Source: an uncultured bacterium
GTDB taxonomy: Bacteria > Acidobacteriota > HRBIN11 > JAKEFK01
NCBI GenBank assembly: GCA_963777505.1
Contig: CAVZQN010000003.1
Span: 288,001 to 352,000, forward strand
Reading direction: 5' to 3'
Length of the DNA stretch: 64,000 nucleotides
Shown: positions 1 to 9,016 of the stretch, in pieces
How positions within the stretch are numbered: position 1 is the first letter of the stretch
How the letters are laid out: each line of letters opens with the position of its first letter
Translations under genes and position numbers: made by a program
The notes under the pieces: model-generated
The model's input: the letters and a program-made list of their open reading frames with translations, nothing else
What the model was told of the DNA's origin: nothing
Database searches by the model: none

Positions 1-366
1 CGGAACATGTTCAATGACCTCAACACAGAGAACACCTTCAAATCGTGCATCAGGCAAAGTTGAGGTTGTCATATCTTCCAGCACCAAGGCATTGATATTG
101 GACCGCTTCTGCCGAATTTCTTCCAGCATCGTTTCTGTGAGTCCAAGATTCAGGCTTTGTTGAACTTCACTTTCTCGCGGCAAATCAACAACTGTAACTT
201 CAGCATGAAGCCCGACAGTGTAAGGAGATTTTCTACCGCCGACGTCCAGCAGTTGAATCGAGCTTCTTTTTTCACGAACTAATCGTTTCAAATCTCTTTT
301 TACTTTTGCTACATGGGCTGGAAGAAAAGGTCCGGCCAGAAAATGCATCCATTCGTAGGGTTTCAT
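1..366 (-). CDS. Class I SAM-dependent methyltransferase (3' end runs off the window)
   Basis: Manual translation from ATG at 366: MKPYEWMHFL...LLDVGGRKSPY...LEDMTTSTLPDARFEGVLCVEVIEHVP. It has the motif I (LDVGG) and VIEHV signatures and follows wzc on the same strand. Confidence 0.8.
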   Translation of the reverse strand, partial: MKPYEWMHFLAGPFLPAHVAKVKRDLKRLVREKRSSIQLLDVGGRKSPYTVGLHAEVTVVDLPRESEVQQSLNLGLTETMLEEIRQKRSNINALVLEDMTTSTLPDARFEGVLCVEVIEHVP

Positions 367-378
367 TTGTTCGGTACG

Positions 379-2556
379 TTAAGCTTTCTTGCGTTTCTTA
401 GGCTCAGAGATTGATGCTAATGGAATTTCTGTGGTTTGTTCTTCATCCATTTTTTCAAATGGTTTTTTGTAGTAGGAATAGTATTGCCTGTAGTACTGAT
501 AATGAGAAAAACGTTCTTGTAAATTTACCTTATTTAAGACCGTTCCTAAAACGTTTACGTTCATTTGTTTTAGAAGGTCGTCAGCCATTTTCAAAGTTTT
601 TGTAGTCGTATAATCGTTTCGCACTACAAGAACAAGGCCGTCTACGCCAACGCAAGCAGCAAGAGTTTCCGGGGTAAGAAGTACCGGACCACTATCCATA
701 ATGATGTATTCGAAGTAACCCATCGCATTTGTGAGCGCATCCAGAAAATCAGATCCATCTAATGAAGCTGCCAGTTCTAGACGGTCTGCATGATCGACAG
801 GAATAACCGTTAGATTTTCGAGAGGGGAAGGGAACTTCGTGAAGTCTGGCGGCTTTGCATTGAGAAATTCATGGAGTCCAATCTGCCGGCGGACTCCAAT
901 GACTTCATGGACACTTGGCCTTTGCACATCAACGTCAATTAACAAAACGCGTTTGCCCATTCTCGCAAGCGCTTTTGCGAGGTTTGTGCTGACGAAGGTT
1001 TTTCCTTCACTGGGTTGCGCGCTGGTCACAATAAAAACCCGCGGAGGTTTGTCCATTTCATCTACCGCAGAAATATGCCTCCATAAAAAGCGGAAAGAAT
1101 TGTAGATTAATTCTTCCTCTTCTTTGTCCGCATCCGGAATGAAAGTAAGAAATCGGAAAGAAGACGCAAGCTCAATATCTGCCTGGGTACGGATTTTTGT
1201 ATCAACAAAATTTAGAAGCATTGCAACTCCTATTCCAGCAAACAGGCCTGCAAAAAGCCCCACAGCGCTGGATTGGAGTCTGCGCGGCTTAATCGGTCTT
1301 CCAGGTGTTCGGGCATTTTCTACAATTCTCATTTGAACACTACCCTGCATTCCGCCCGTGCCTGTGATATCTGCAGATTGGCGTTGTTGAATCATTTGAT
1401 CCAGAAGTTTGCGTTCATTCTCCTGATCGGTTAGCAATCTCTGGTATTCGGATGTTTCTGAATTCAAGTTATTCAAAGAATTGCGAACTTGATCAAACTC
1501 TTGTTGCACCGCCGCTTGCTTCGAACGTGCCGATTCAACTTCTCCCCGGCTGGATGCCAGAACCAGGCTAAAAACATTCTGTATTTCACGATTGCTTTGA
1601 CCGCAGATCTCATCCCTTTTGTTTTTGAGTTGTTGCAGACCGGGCCAACCTGCTTTAAAGATTTTGCTTTTTTCTGCATACTCCTGTTCAACCTGTGAAC
1701 ATTGAGTTTGGAAGTTAATCACTGTTGCGGAAGAATTTACTTCTGGTAATGAACCTGGTGAACTTCTTTGGATCCGATTGTAATTTCCCTGTTTTTCGAT
1801 CACTTCTGCTTGAGCCGCTTGTAGTTGTTCTTGCAGGCCTTGCATGTTTTGCATCGCAACATTCATCTGCTCCCCAAGAGCTTGAACCTGGGTCGATTTT
1901 GATAATGCCGAGAGTTTATCGTTCTTTTCTGCGATTGATTTTTGAAGACGTTCGATTTGTATCGAAATTGATTCGCTGGCAAATTGGCTTTGTTTTACAT
2001 TGACCTGACGGCTGGATTCAATCAAACTCTCGGCCCAAGTGTTGGCAAGAATTGCAGCACCTTTTGGCACCGGTGATTCAACGCCGACTTCCAGGATAAA
2101 TGTGTCAGGACGTTGCGCCATTTGTACACTGCGTAGCAGATGTGGATAAAGCTCTTCCGGAGAGCGCTTCCAGCTCACCGCGGGCATACCCAGTAACTTT
2201 GCAGTTTCGTCAGGGCCTATCTTTCGAACAAGAATGTTGAGCACGTCCGGAGTCCGGGCCAGCTCCATTTGCGTGCTAAAAAACATTTCACTGGAATATT
2301 CAAAAGAGTCTTTGTAAGCCTCGCCACCGAGATCAAGCTGTTGAGGCAAAATTTCGAGGGAGGCGCCAGCAGAATAGATTGATTTCTCTAGTACTACCCT
2401 TATAGTATTACCAGCTACGATAATAATTGCGATCAGCAGGATTAGCTTCCATCGCTTCAGGATTCCGTAATATTCCAACGAAGGCCCGGCTGTAGGCCTT
2501 GCCATCGATGCCGGAATCGGGACACTTCGCTTTAATGCTTTTTGACTAATGCCCAT
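379..2556 (-). CDS. wzc: Polysaccharide copolymerase / BY-tyrosine kinase (Wzc/GumC family)
   Basis: Two TM segments flank a coiled-coil periplasmic region; Walker A SAQPSEGKT, Walker A' LIDVD, Walker B IIMDSGP; C-terminal Tyr cluster YQYYRQYYSYY. Confidence 0.92.
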   Translation of the reverse strand: MGISQKALKRSVPIPASMARPTAGPSLEYYGILKRWKLILLIAIIIVAGNTIRVVLEKSIYSAGASLEILPQQLDLGGEAYKDSFEYSSEMFFSTQMELARTPDVLNILVRKIGPDETAKLLGMPAVSWKRSPEELYPHLLRSVQMAQRPDTFILEVGVESPVPKGAAILANTWAESLIESSRQVNVKQSQFASESISIQIERLQKSIAEKNDKLSALSKSTQVQALGEQMNVAMQNMQGLQEQLQAAQAEVIEKQGNYNRIQRSSPGSLPEVNSSATVINFQTQCSQVEQEYAEKSKIFKAGWPGLQQLKNKRDEICGQSNREIQNVFSLVLASSRGEVESARSKQAAVQQEFDQVRNSLNNLNSETSEYQRLLTDQENERKLLDQMIQQRQSADITGTGGMQGSVQMRIVENARTPGRPIKPRRLQSSAVGLFAGLFAGIGVAMLLNFVDTKIRTQADIELASSFRFLTFIPDADKEEEELIYNSFRFLWRHISAVDEMDKPPRVFIVTSAQPSEGKTFVSTNLAKALARMGKRVLLIDVDVQRPSVHEVIGVRRQIGLHEFLNAKPPDFTKFPSPLENLTVIPVDHADRLELAASLDGSDFLDALTNAMGYFEYIIMDSGPVLLTPETLAACVGVDGLVLVVRNDYTTTKTLKMADDLLKQMNVNVLGTVLNKVNLQERFSHYQYYRQYYSYYKKPFEKMDEEQTTEIPLASISEPKKRKKA

Positions 2557-2593
2557 CTCTCTTTAACTCCAAGCCCCCCAGAAAACGGATAAG

Positions 2594-2648
2594 AATGTAA
2601 ACATTGGCAACGTAACTGGAATGTGCATAATCTATGATACTTATCATA
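2594..2648. promoter_or_regulatory. Divergent promoter region (wzc / degT operons) with two short palindromes
   Basis: AATGT-AA-ACATT (2594-2605) and TATGATA-CT-TATCATA (2633-2648) lie between divergent starts; SD GAGGAGG precedes ATG 2686. Confidence 0.4.
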
Positions 2649-2685
2649 AATATTCAAATTGTAATTTAGGCTTCGAGGAGGGGAA

Positions 2686-3972
2686 ATGAAAAGAAGGAGC
2701 ACATTTTTACCTTTTGCCCTTCCTGATATAGGTCCAAAAGAAGTTCAACTGGTACAAGAAGTACTTGAATCAGGGTGGCTAACCACTGGGCCAAAAACCA
2801 GGCAACTCGAGAATGAATTTGCCAGTTTTTTGGGCGTAAGAAATGCCATAGCAGTCAATTCGTGTACTGCAGGTCTACATCTGGCATTGGATGCTATCGG
2901 AGTTGCGCCTGGTGATTTTGTTTTAACTTCGCCTTATACCTTTGCAGCCACTGCAGAAGTCGTCCGTTATTTTGATGCAATCCCCGTCTTTGTTGACGTT
3001 CAACCAGATACGATCAATTTGGATCCCCAAAAACTGACAGAAACGATTCAGGATTTAAATCAATGTATTCTAAATGGAACAAGTCCTCAATTGACGTCAG
3101 TTCGCCGTGCCTTATCGGTCAATTCTGTCCGCCGAGGCATCATCCGGGCAATTATTCCTGTTCATTATGGCGGTCATCCTTGCGAAGTGGATTCGATTTA
3201 TTCCATTGCCTGCGAATCAGGTCTTGCTTACATCGATGATGCTGCTCATTCATTGCCAGCTCGTTACAAAGGGCGGCTTATTGGTTCACCAATGCAAGGG
3301 ACATCCCCAATTCTTTCCTGTTTTAGTTTTTATGCTACCAAAAGCATGACGACAGGAGAGGGAGGAATGATTACAACCGAAGATGATCGGTTGGCGGATC
3401 GCTGCAGGATGATGTGTCTTCATGGAATTAGCAAAGACGCATGGAAACGCTACACCGCTGAAGGGTCGTGGTATTACGAAATTCTTGCCGCAGGATATAA
3501 ATACAATCTTACCGACCTTGCGGCTGCTTTAGGGATTGCTCAGCTTTCTCGTCTCGAAGAAATGTGGGAAAGACGTAAAAAGATTGCAGCATCATACACC
3601 GCGGCTTTTTCATCATTTCCGGAGTTGCAACTTCCATCAGTTCGAGATGGATATGAATCCGCATGGCATCTCTATCCAATTCGATTCAACCTGAATTATT
3701 TTGAAAATAAAGGTGCATCCGGACTTTTTAGAAATAATTTTATAGAAGGTATGAAACAGCGAAATATTGGCACCAGTGTCCATTTCATCCCGCTTCACAT
3801 TCATCCTTATTACCGAGAAACCTATGGTTATGAACCGGATGATTTTCCGGTGGCACTGGATCAATATCAGCGCCTTGTTTCGCTTCCTCTTTATTCTCGA
3901 ATGTCGGACGATGACGTCGAGAATGTAAAGGACGCCGTAGTTGACATTGTTGAGAGAAATAGGAGACACTAA
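2686..3972 (+). CDS. DegT/DnrJ/EryC1/StrS family PLP-dependent sugar aminotransferase
   Basis: GWLTTGPK, NSCTAGLHLAL, DDAAH, FSFYATKSMTTGEGGM (PLP Lys), GYKYNLTD. Confidence 0.93.
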   Translation: MKRRSTFLPFALPDIGPKEVQLVQEVLESGWLTTGPKTRQLENEFASFLGVRNAIAVNSCTAGLHLALDAIGVAPGDFVLTSPYTFAATAEVVRYFDAIPVFVDVQPDTINLDPQKLTETIQDLNQCILNGTSPQLTSVRRALSVNSVRRGIIRAIIPVHYGGHPCEVDSIYSIACESGLAYIDDAAHSLPARYKGRLIGSPMQGTSPILSCFSFYATKSMTTGEGGMITTEDDRLADRCRMMCLHGISKDAWKRYTAEGSWYYEILAAGYKYNLTDLAAALGIAQLSRLEEMWERRKKIAASYTAAFSSFPELQLPSVRDGYESAWHLYPIRFNLNYFENKGASGLFRNNFIEGMKQRNIGTSVHFIPLHIHPYYRETYGYEPDDFPVALDQYQRLVSLPLYSRMSDDDVENVKDAVVDIVERNRRH

Positions 3973-4013
3973 ATACGTAGATAAGGGGTTGAGGGTAAAA
4001 GGGTTGTACGATT

Positions 4014-4160
4014 GTGACCCACAATAAGAAGGGCTAGGATCGGAGTTCCTTCCTCATGTTCATCAAGCGGCAATCCGCAACACCACCCTGGGTTCTCCAT
4101 TTCTCTGTGAGTGACGGGGCGGAGCTGTGCCTCGGAGACATGGATCAACTCGTGAGTCAC
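4014..4160 (-). ncRNA. Candidate structured non-coding element (rod-like RNA or MITE-like insert)
   Basis: Intergenic, 55% GC (81/147). Nested complementary segments; the mismatches read as G-U pairs only on the minus strand. Confidence 0.4.
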
Positions 4161-4205
4161 GTCGATGTTTTGGGCTATTATTCAAACAAAATCTTTTCAT
4201 AAATT

Positions 4206-5075
4206 ATGGTAGAAAACATGCAAGCTAATTCCATTTCAGAAACTGCACTGCCGGTACAAAGCCACAAATTGATTCTTGAACCCACGAAAGGCTGGGTTTC
4301 TTTACAACTAAAGGATTTATGGGTTTACAGGGAACTTTTGTACTTTCTTATCTGGCGTGACATCAAGGTACGCTACAAGCAAACAGCGCTTGGTGCTGCG
4401 TGGGCAATTATTCAACCCGTTACTACGATGGTTGTATTCACAATATTTTTTGGAAAATTAGGGAAAATCCCATCTGATGGAATCCCTTATCCACTCTTTG
4501 CATATGCCGCTTTGCTTCCGTGGAATTTCTTTTCACAGGCAATGACCGAATCTTCAAACAGTCTTGTAGGAAGTTCCAACTTAATTCGAAAAGTTTATTT
4601 TCCACGGCTCGTAATTCCATTGTCCGGGGTGCTATCAGGTTTAGTTGATTTTGGAATTGCTTTTTGTGTTCTTATTGTGATGCTTTTCTTCTACAAGATT
4701 CGCGTAACCCTCAATGTCTTTTTGTTGCCATTGTTTCTTTTGCTTGCTGTAGGTACTGCGCTTGGAGTCGGGCTTTGGTTGTCGGCAATGAACGTAAAAT
4801 ATCGTGATGTTCGTTTTATCGTTCCTTTTTTGACTCAGTTCTGGTTGTTTGCAACGCCAGTTGCATATCCAAGCAGCATGCTTCAGGAACCATGGAGAAC
4901 ACTTTACGGTCTTAATCCAATGGCGGGAGTTGTTGAAGGTTTCCGCTGGGCACTTCTAAATACCAATCCTCCAGGGCCGATGATAATGTTGTCTGTGGTC
5001 GTAACGATTGTTCTCGTTGTTTCGGGAGCTTTTTATTTCCGTAGAATGGAGACGACGTTTGCCGATCTGGTTTAA
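4206..5075 (+). CDS. wzm: ABC-2 polysaccharide transporter permease (Wzm)
   Basis: YRELLYFLIWRDIKVRYKQTALGAAW, NLIRKVYFPR, YRDV, LNPMAGVVEGFR, FADLV. Confidence 0.93.
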   Translation: MVENMQANSISETALPVQSHKLILEPTKGWVSLQLKDLWVYRELLYFLIWRDIKVRYKQTALGAAWAIIQPVTTMVVFTIFFGKLGKIPSDGIPYPLFAYAALLPWNFFSQAMTESSNSLVGSSNLIRKVYFPRLVIPLSGVLSGLVDFGIAFCVLIVMLFFYKIRVTLNVFLLPLFLLLAVGTALGVGLWLSAMNVKYRDVRFIVPFLTQFWLFATPVAYPSSMLQEPWRTLYGLNPMAGVVEGFRWALLNTNPPGPMIMLSVVVTIVLVVSGAFYFRRMETTFADLV

Positions 5076-5182
5076 GGCGATTGAGTTCAAAAGTTCATTA
5101 GCATAAACGCCACGAAATTCTAACTCCCACAGATGAGATTCTGATTTGAACACTTCGAAAGTTTTTACAGCCAAAAACTAAT

Positions 5183-7066
5183 ATGTGTGGAATATACGGT
5201 CAGCTTTCTTTTAAAAATAAGATTGGGGCTGCGGATAGAGAGGAATGTCAGCGGGCTGTTGCAATGATGCAGCGGCGCGGTCCAGATGACGAAGGTATTT
5301 GGACAGACTCGGAAGCTTGCATTTTAGGTTTCCGAAGACTTTCTATTCTTGATCTGAGTCCTGCCGGACATCAGCCGATGCTCACGCGGGATGGCAGATT
5401 TGCCCTGGTTATGAATGGTGAAATTTATAACTATAAGGAAATTGCCAAAGAATTAATAAGCAAAGGGTTCACGCCGCGTTCCACCGGCGATTCGGAAATT
5501 GTTCTCGGTGCGATTGCTGAATGGGGCGTGCAGGCGCTTGAGCGATTCCAGGGAATGTTTGCGCTTGCAGTTTATGACAAACTAGAAGGGAAACTTCTGC
5601 TCGCACGGGATCATGCTGGAATAAAACCGCTCTACTATCTACTTACCTCTAACGGGTTAGTTTTTGCATCGCAATATGATCAGATTCTGATGCATCATTG
5701 GAGCCGGACACTTCCCGTATCGACCGAAGGTCTGGGGCTTTATTTGCGGCTGGGTTACATCCCTGCGCCTTATGCGATGCTGGAGCAAACATATCTATTG
5801 GAAGCGGGTTCATGGGTTCAAATCGATCGCAAAGGAAAGATTCAGCGAGGCGTTTTTTTTGAGTTTCCCGTTTATCCCGAACCCGATCTAAAGGGTGAAG
5901 AAGCAGTTGATGCAGTCGATGAGGCGATCTCACGTGCGGTGAAACGTCATCTTGTCAGTGACGTTCCTGTTGGTACCTTTCTTTCAGGAGGAATCGATTC
6001 ACCTTTAATTGCTGCAAAAATGAAATTGGAAATGGGAGGAAGTCCTCGTGCATTCACAGTCGGTGTAACCGATCCTGACATGGATGAATCATGGGATGCG
6101 CGAGAGTACGCCCGGTTGATTGGCCTGGAACATTATTGGGAAATGGTAACACCAGACTATGGAGTATCACTCATTGAAGATGCAATTGAAGCTTGCGGTG
6201 AACCACTTGCTGATATCTCCATCATTCCCACGATGATTGTTTGTAAGCAGGCTCGTCGTCATGTGAAGGTTATGCTTTCAGGAGATGGTGGCGATGAATT
6301 GTTCTGGGGATATGATCGAGCGTTTTCAGTACTAAAAAGTACAATGGACTTCCGCGAGCCTTATTGGTTACGAAGCGCACGATGGGGCATGAAGAAGCTT
6401 TTCAATATCGGAGATGGATATTGGAATCTGCGATATCCAACGATCGGAAAATGGTTTCAAGATAAACACAGTAAACTGACAGACGGCACGCTTGAAACAA
6501 TTTTTGCGGAACCTCCAGAATGGCCTGAATCCTGCGAATTGTTTCACTATGATGGTTGGACACCAGAACGAACAGCTAATTGGGTGCGATGGAACGAATT
6601 TCGAGCCCATCTAACAATGGTTCTTATGAAAGTTGATCGCGCCAGCATGTATCATTCACTGGAAGTCCGAGTGCCATTACTTGATAAGGAAGTAATTCAA
6701 GTTGCTTTAAGAATCGATTGGCAAGACTGTCTTGATGCAGGGCAAAATACGGGGAAAATTCCTTTACGAAAAGTATTAACCCGTCATGTCAAACATCAAA
6801 GTCAAATGAAACGTGGATTTGACGTGCCACTCAATCAATGGTTAAAAGGCCCTTTGATGCCGATGCTTGAAGAAGATTTATTGCAAAGGAAAGAAATTTT
6901 AGGCATCAATTTTTTGACAGACGGTGTTCGCGCGATGGCAAAAAGACATTTCTCAGGCGAAACTGATGAAGCAGCATCTTTATGGAATCTATTAAATCTA
7001 TCGCTATGGGAACAAAAACATTACAAGCGTACGTCAAAACAATTTCTTCAAGGAGTTTTAAGCTAA
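5183..7066 (+). CDS. asnB: Asparagine synthase (glutamine-hydrolysing)-like amidotransferase, probably for polysaccharide amidation
   Basis: N-terminal MCGI (Ntn Cys), RRGPD, RLSILDL, NGEIYNY, LSGGIDS, SGDGGDELFWGY, EVRVPLLD. Confidence 0.92.
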   Translation: MCGIYGQLSFKNKIGAADREECQRAVAMMQRRGPDDEGIWTDSEACILGFRRLSILDLSPAGHQPMLTRDGRFALVMNGEIYNYKEIAKELISKGFTPRSTGDSEIVLGAIAEWGVQALERFQGMFALAVYDKLEGKLLLARDHAGIKPLYYLLTSNGLVFASQYDQILMHHWSRTLPVSTEGLGLYLRLGYIPAPYAMLEQTYLLEAGSWVQIDRKGKIQRGVFFEFPVYPEPDLKGEEAVDAVDEAISRAVKRHLVSDVPVGTFLSGGIDSPLIAAKMKLEMGGSPRAFTVGVTDPDMDESWDAREYARLIGLEHYWEMVTPDYGVSLIEDAIEACGEPLADISIIPTMIVCKQARRHVKVMLSGDGGDELFWGYDRAFSVLKSTMDFREPYWLRSARWGMKKLFNIGDGYWNLRYPTIGKWFQDKHSKLTDGTLETIFAEPPEWPESCELFHYDGWTPERTANWVRWNEFRAHLTMVLMKVDRASMYHSLEVRVPLLDKEVIQVALRIDWQDCLDAGQNTGKIPLRKVLTRHVKHQSQMKRGFDVPLNQWLKGPLMPMLEEDLLQRKEILGINFLTDGVRAMAKRHFSGETDEAASLWNLLNLSLWEQKHYKRTSKQFLQGVLS

Positions 7067-7201
7067 GATAATAAAAAGAACACGCAAAGACATTTTTCTT
7101 TGCAATATGAATGTTCTGAATTGTTTTTTGTTCTTGGTGGGCTAACAGTAGAAAACCGGATCTTCCGGTAAGCGTTTTTTCGACTAGATGAGGGGTGTTC
7201 A

Positions 7202-9016
7202 ATGTGTCTCGCCAGGAGCCTAATTCGTAATTCGGGCTTAATAGGGCTGCTATGCCTTTTTGCTCTGAGTGTGTTTCCATTTTCATCTGCATTCGCGATT
7301 AATCTTCCACCTGGGTTTCAAGAAGAAATTGTTTTTCAGGGGCTGACGAATCCTACAGTAATCCGGTTTGCACCCGACGGCCGTGTTTTTATCGCTGAAA
7401 AAAGCGGTCGAGTTAAAATTTTTAATGGGCTAACGGATACAACGCCCGACACGTTTGTTGATTTATCAGTAAACGTCCACAACTTTTGGGATCGTGGACT
7501 TCTTGGCATGGCTATCGATCCCGACTTTCCTGCGCGGCCTTTTATCTACGTCCTCTACTCATACGATTTCGATCCTAACTATGTAGGGCCTCAACCACCC
7601 AGATGGGGTGATACATGTCCAAACCCTCCCGGAGCAACGGGAGATGGATGTGTTGTCAATGGACGTTTATCAAAATTAGAAGTTGCCTCGAACAATACAC
7701 TTGTAGGCGCCGAACAAGTACTCCTTGAAAACAATTGGTGTCAACAATATCCGAGCCACTCAATCGGAAATCTGCAATTTGGGTCTGAAGGTGCGTTGTA
7801 TCTAAGCGCCGGTGATGGAGCCAGTTTTAGTTTTGGCGATTATGGCCAGGATGGAAATCCGTTAAACCCTTGCGGTGATCCTCCTACCGGGATTGGCGGA
7901 GTTCAAACAGTTCCAACTGCTGAAGGTGGCGCGCTCAGGAGTCAGGATTTGCAAACATCGGGTGATAGCGTAACTTTTGACGGCGCAATTCTGCGCGTCG
8001 ATCCTGATACTGGCGAAGCCTGGGCGGATAATCCACTCATCGGTGGTGACGCGCAGGATGATCGAATTATTGCATATGGTTTGAGAAATCCTTTTCGTAT
8101 TACACCACGGCCAGAAACGGATGAATTGTGGATCGGAGACGTAGGCTGGAGCACATTCGAAGAAATAAATCGAATAACAAATCCCCATGTTCTTACGAAT
8201 TTTGGCTGGCCCTGTTATGAAGGCAACGCTGCGACCGGCGGAGGTTACGCCGGTACGAATATTTGCGCTAATCTTTTTTCCGCTGGAACGGCAAAAACAC
8301 CGTTTTACGCATATCAACACAATGCCGATGTGACGCCTGGTGGCGATGGCTGCCGTCCAAATCCGCCCGGGGCAGGCACAAGTTCATCCATCTCTGGAAT
8401 TGCATTTCATACGGAAGGAACGTTTCCTGTTTCTTATCAAGGTGCAATCTTCTTTTCTGATTATTCACGCGATTGCATCTACGCTATGTTTGCCGGCGAG
8501 AATGGCGTTCCGGAACAAAATACTCGTTTTGCATTTGGTGTTGATGCAACCAACCCTGTCTATCTTGAAATAGGTCCAGGCGGTGATCTTTTTTACGCGG
8601 ACTTTGATACAGGCAGAATTCGCCGAATCAAGTTTACTGCAGCAAATAATCCACCAACCGCAGCAATTCATGCGGATCCAACTTTTGGCAATCCACCACT
8701 TTTTGTTCAATTTGACGGTTCCGATTCCACCGATCCTGACCCGGGAGCAACACTTTTTTATAATTGGGATCTTGATGGTGATGGACAGTATGACGATGCA
8801 ACTATCGTAAATCCTGTTTTCACCTATGCCGATACCGGATCTTCATACCAGGTGAGCGTAGGATTGAAGGTTACAGATGATGATGGCGGTCAGGATACAG
8901 AATCGATACTAATTACTGTTGGTAATACACCTCCTGTTGCATCGATTCGAATTGCCTCTTTCATCTTTCACGTGGAAAGTAGAAGATGCAATCGATTTCA
9001 AAGGATCGGCAAATGA
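7202..9016 (+). CDS. Secreted PQQ-dependent glucose/sorbosone dehydrogenase + PKD domain; N-terminal part of a frameshifted ~1380-aa protein (7202-11345)
   Basis: Signal peptide; DRGLLGMAIDPDF, GALYLSAGDG, AYGLRNPFR, GDVGWSTFEEIN, NFGWPCYEG; PKD (FDGSDSTDPD...YNWDLDGDG). A +1 shift occurs at ~8946-8948. Confidence 0.85.
   Translation: MCLARSLIRNSGLIGLLCLFALSVFPFSSAFAINLPPGFQEEIVFQGLTNPTVIRFAPDGRVFIAEKSGRVKIFNGLTDTTPDTFVDLSVNVHNFWDRGLLGMAIDPDFPARPFIYVLYSYDFDPNYVGPQPPRWGDTCPNPPGATGDGCVVNGRLSKLEVASNNTLVGAEQVLLENNWCQQYPSHSIGNLQFGSEGALYLSAGDGASFSFGDYGQDGNPLNPCGDPPTGIGGVQTVPTAEGGALRSQDLQTSGDSVTFDGAILRVDPDTGEAWADNPLIGGDAQDDRIIAYGLRNPFRITPRPETDELWIGDVGWSTFEEINRITNPHVLTNFGWPCYEGNAATGGGYAGTNICANLFSAGTAKTPFYAYQHNADVTPGGDGCRPNPPGAGTSSSISGIAFHTEGTFPVSYQGAIFFSDYSRDCIYAMFAGENGVPEQNTRFAFGVDATNPVYLEIGPGGDLFYADFDTGRIRRIKFTAANNPPTAAIHADPTFGNPPLFVQFDGSDSTDPDPGATLFYNWDLDGDGQYDDATIVNPVFTYADTGSSYQVSVGLKVTDDDGGQDTESILITVGNTPPVASIRIASFIFHVESRRCNRFQRIGK

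Noticed and set aside
233-240. ops-like GGCGGTAG on the minus strand
   Set aside because: It encodes the GGR of the methyltransferase motif I, and there is no JUMPStart context.
3969-4160. 63-aa ORF or integron attC for the structured element
   Set aside because: No coding signal; the ends lack the RYYYAAC/GTTRRRY boxes and no integrase is present.
5076-5106. Short frame AIEFKSSLA after wzm resembling a Wzt N-terminus remnant
   Set aside because: Too short to distinguish from chance.
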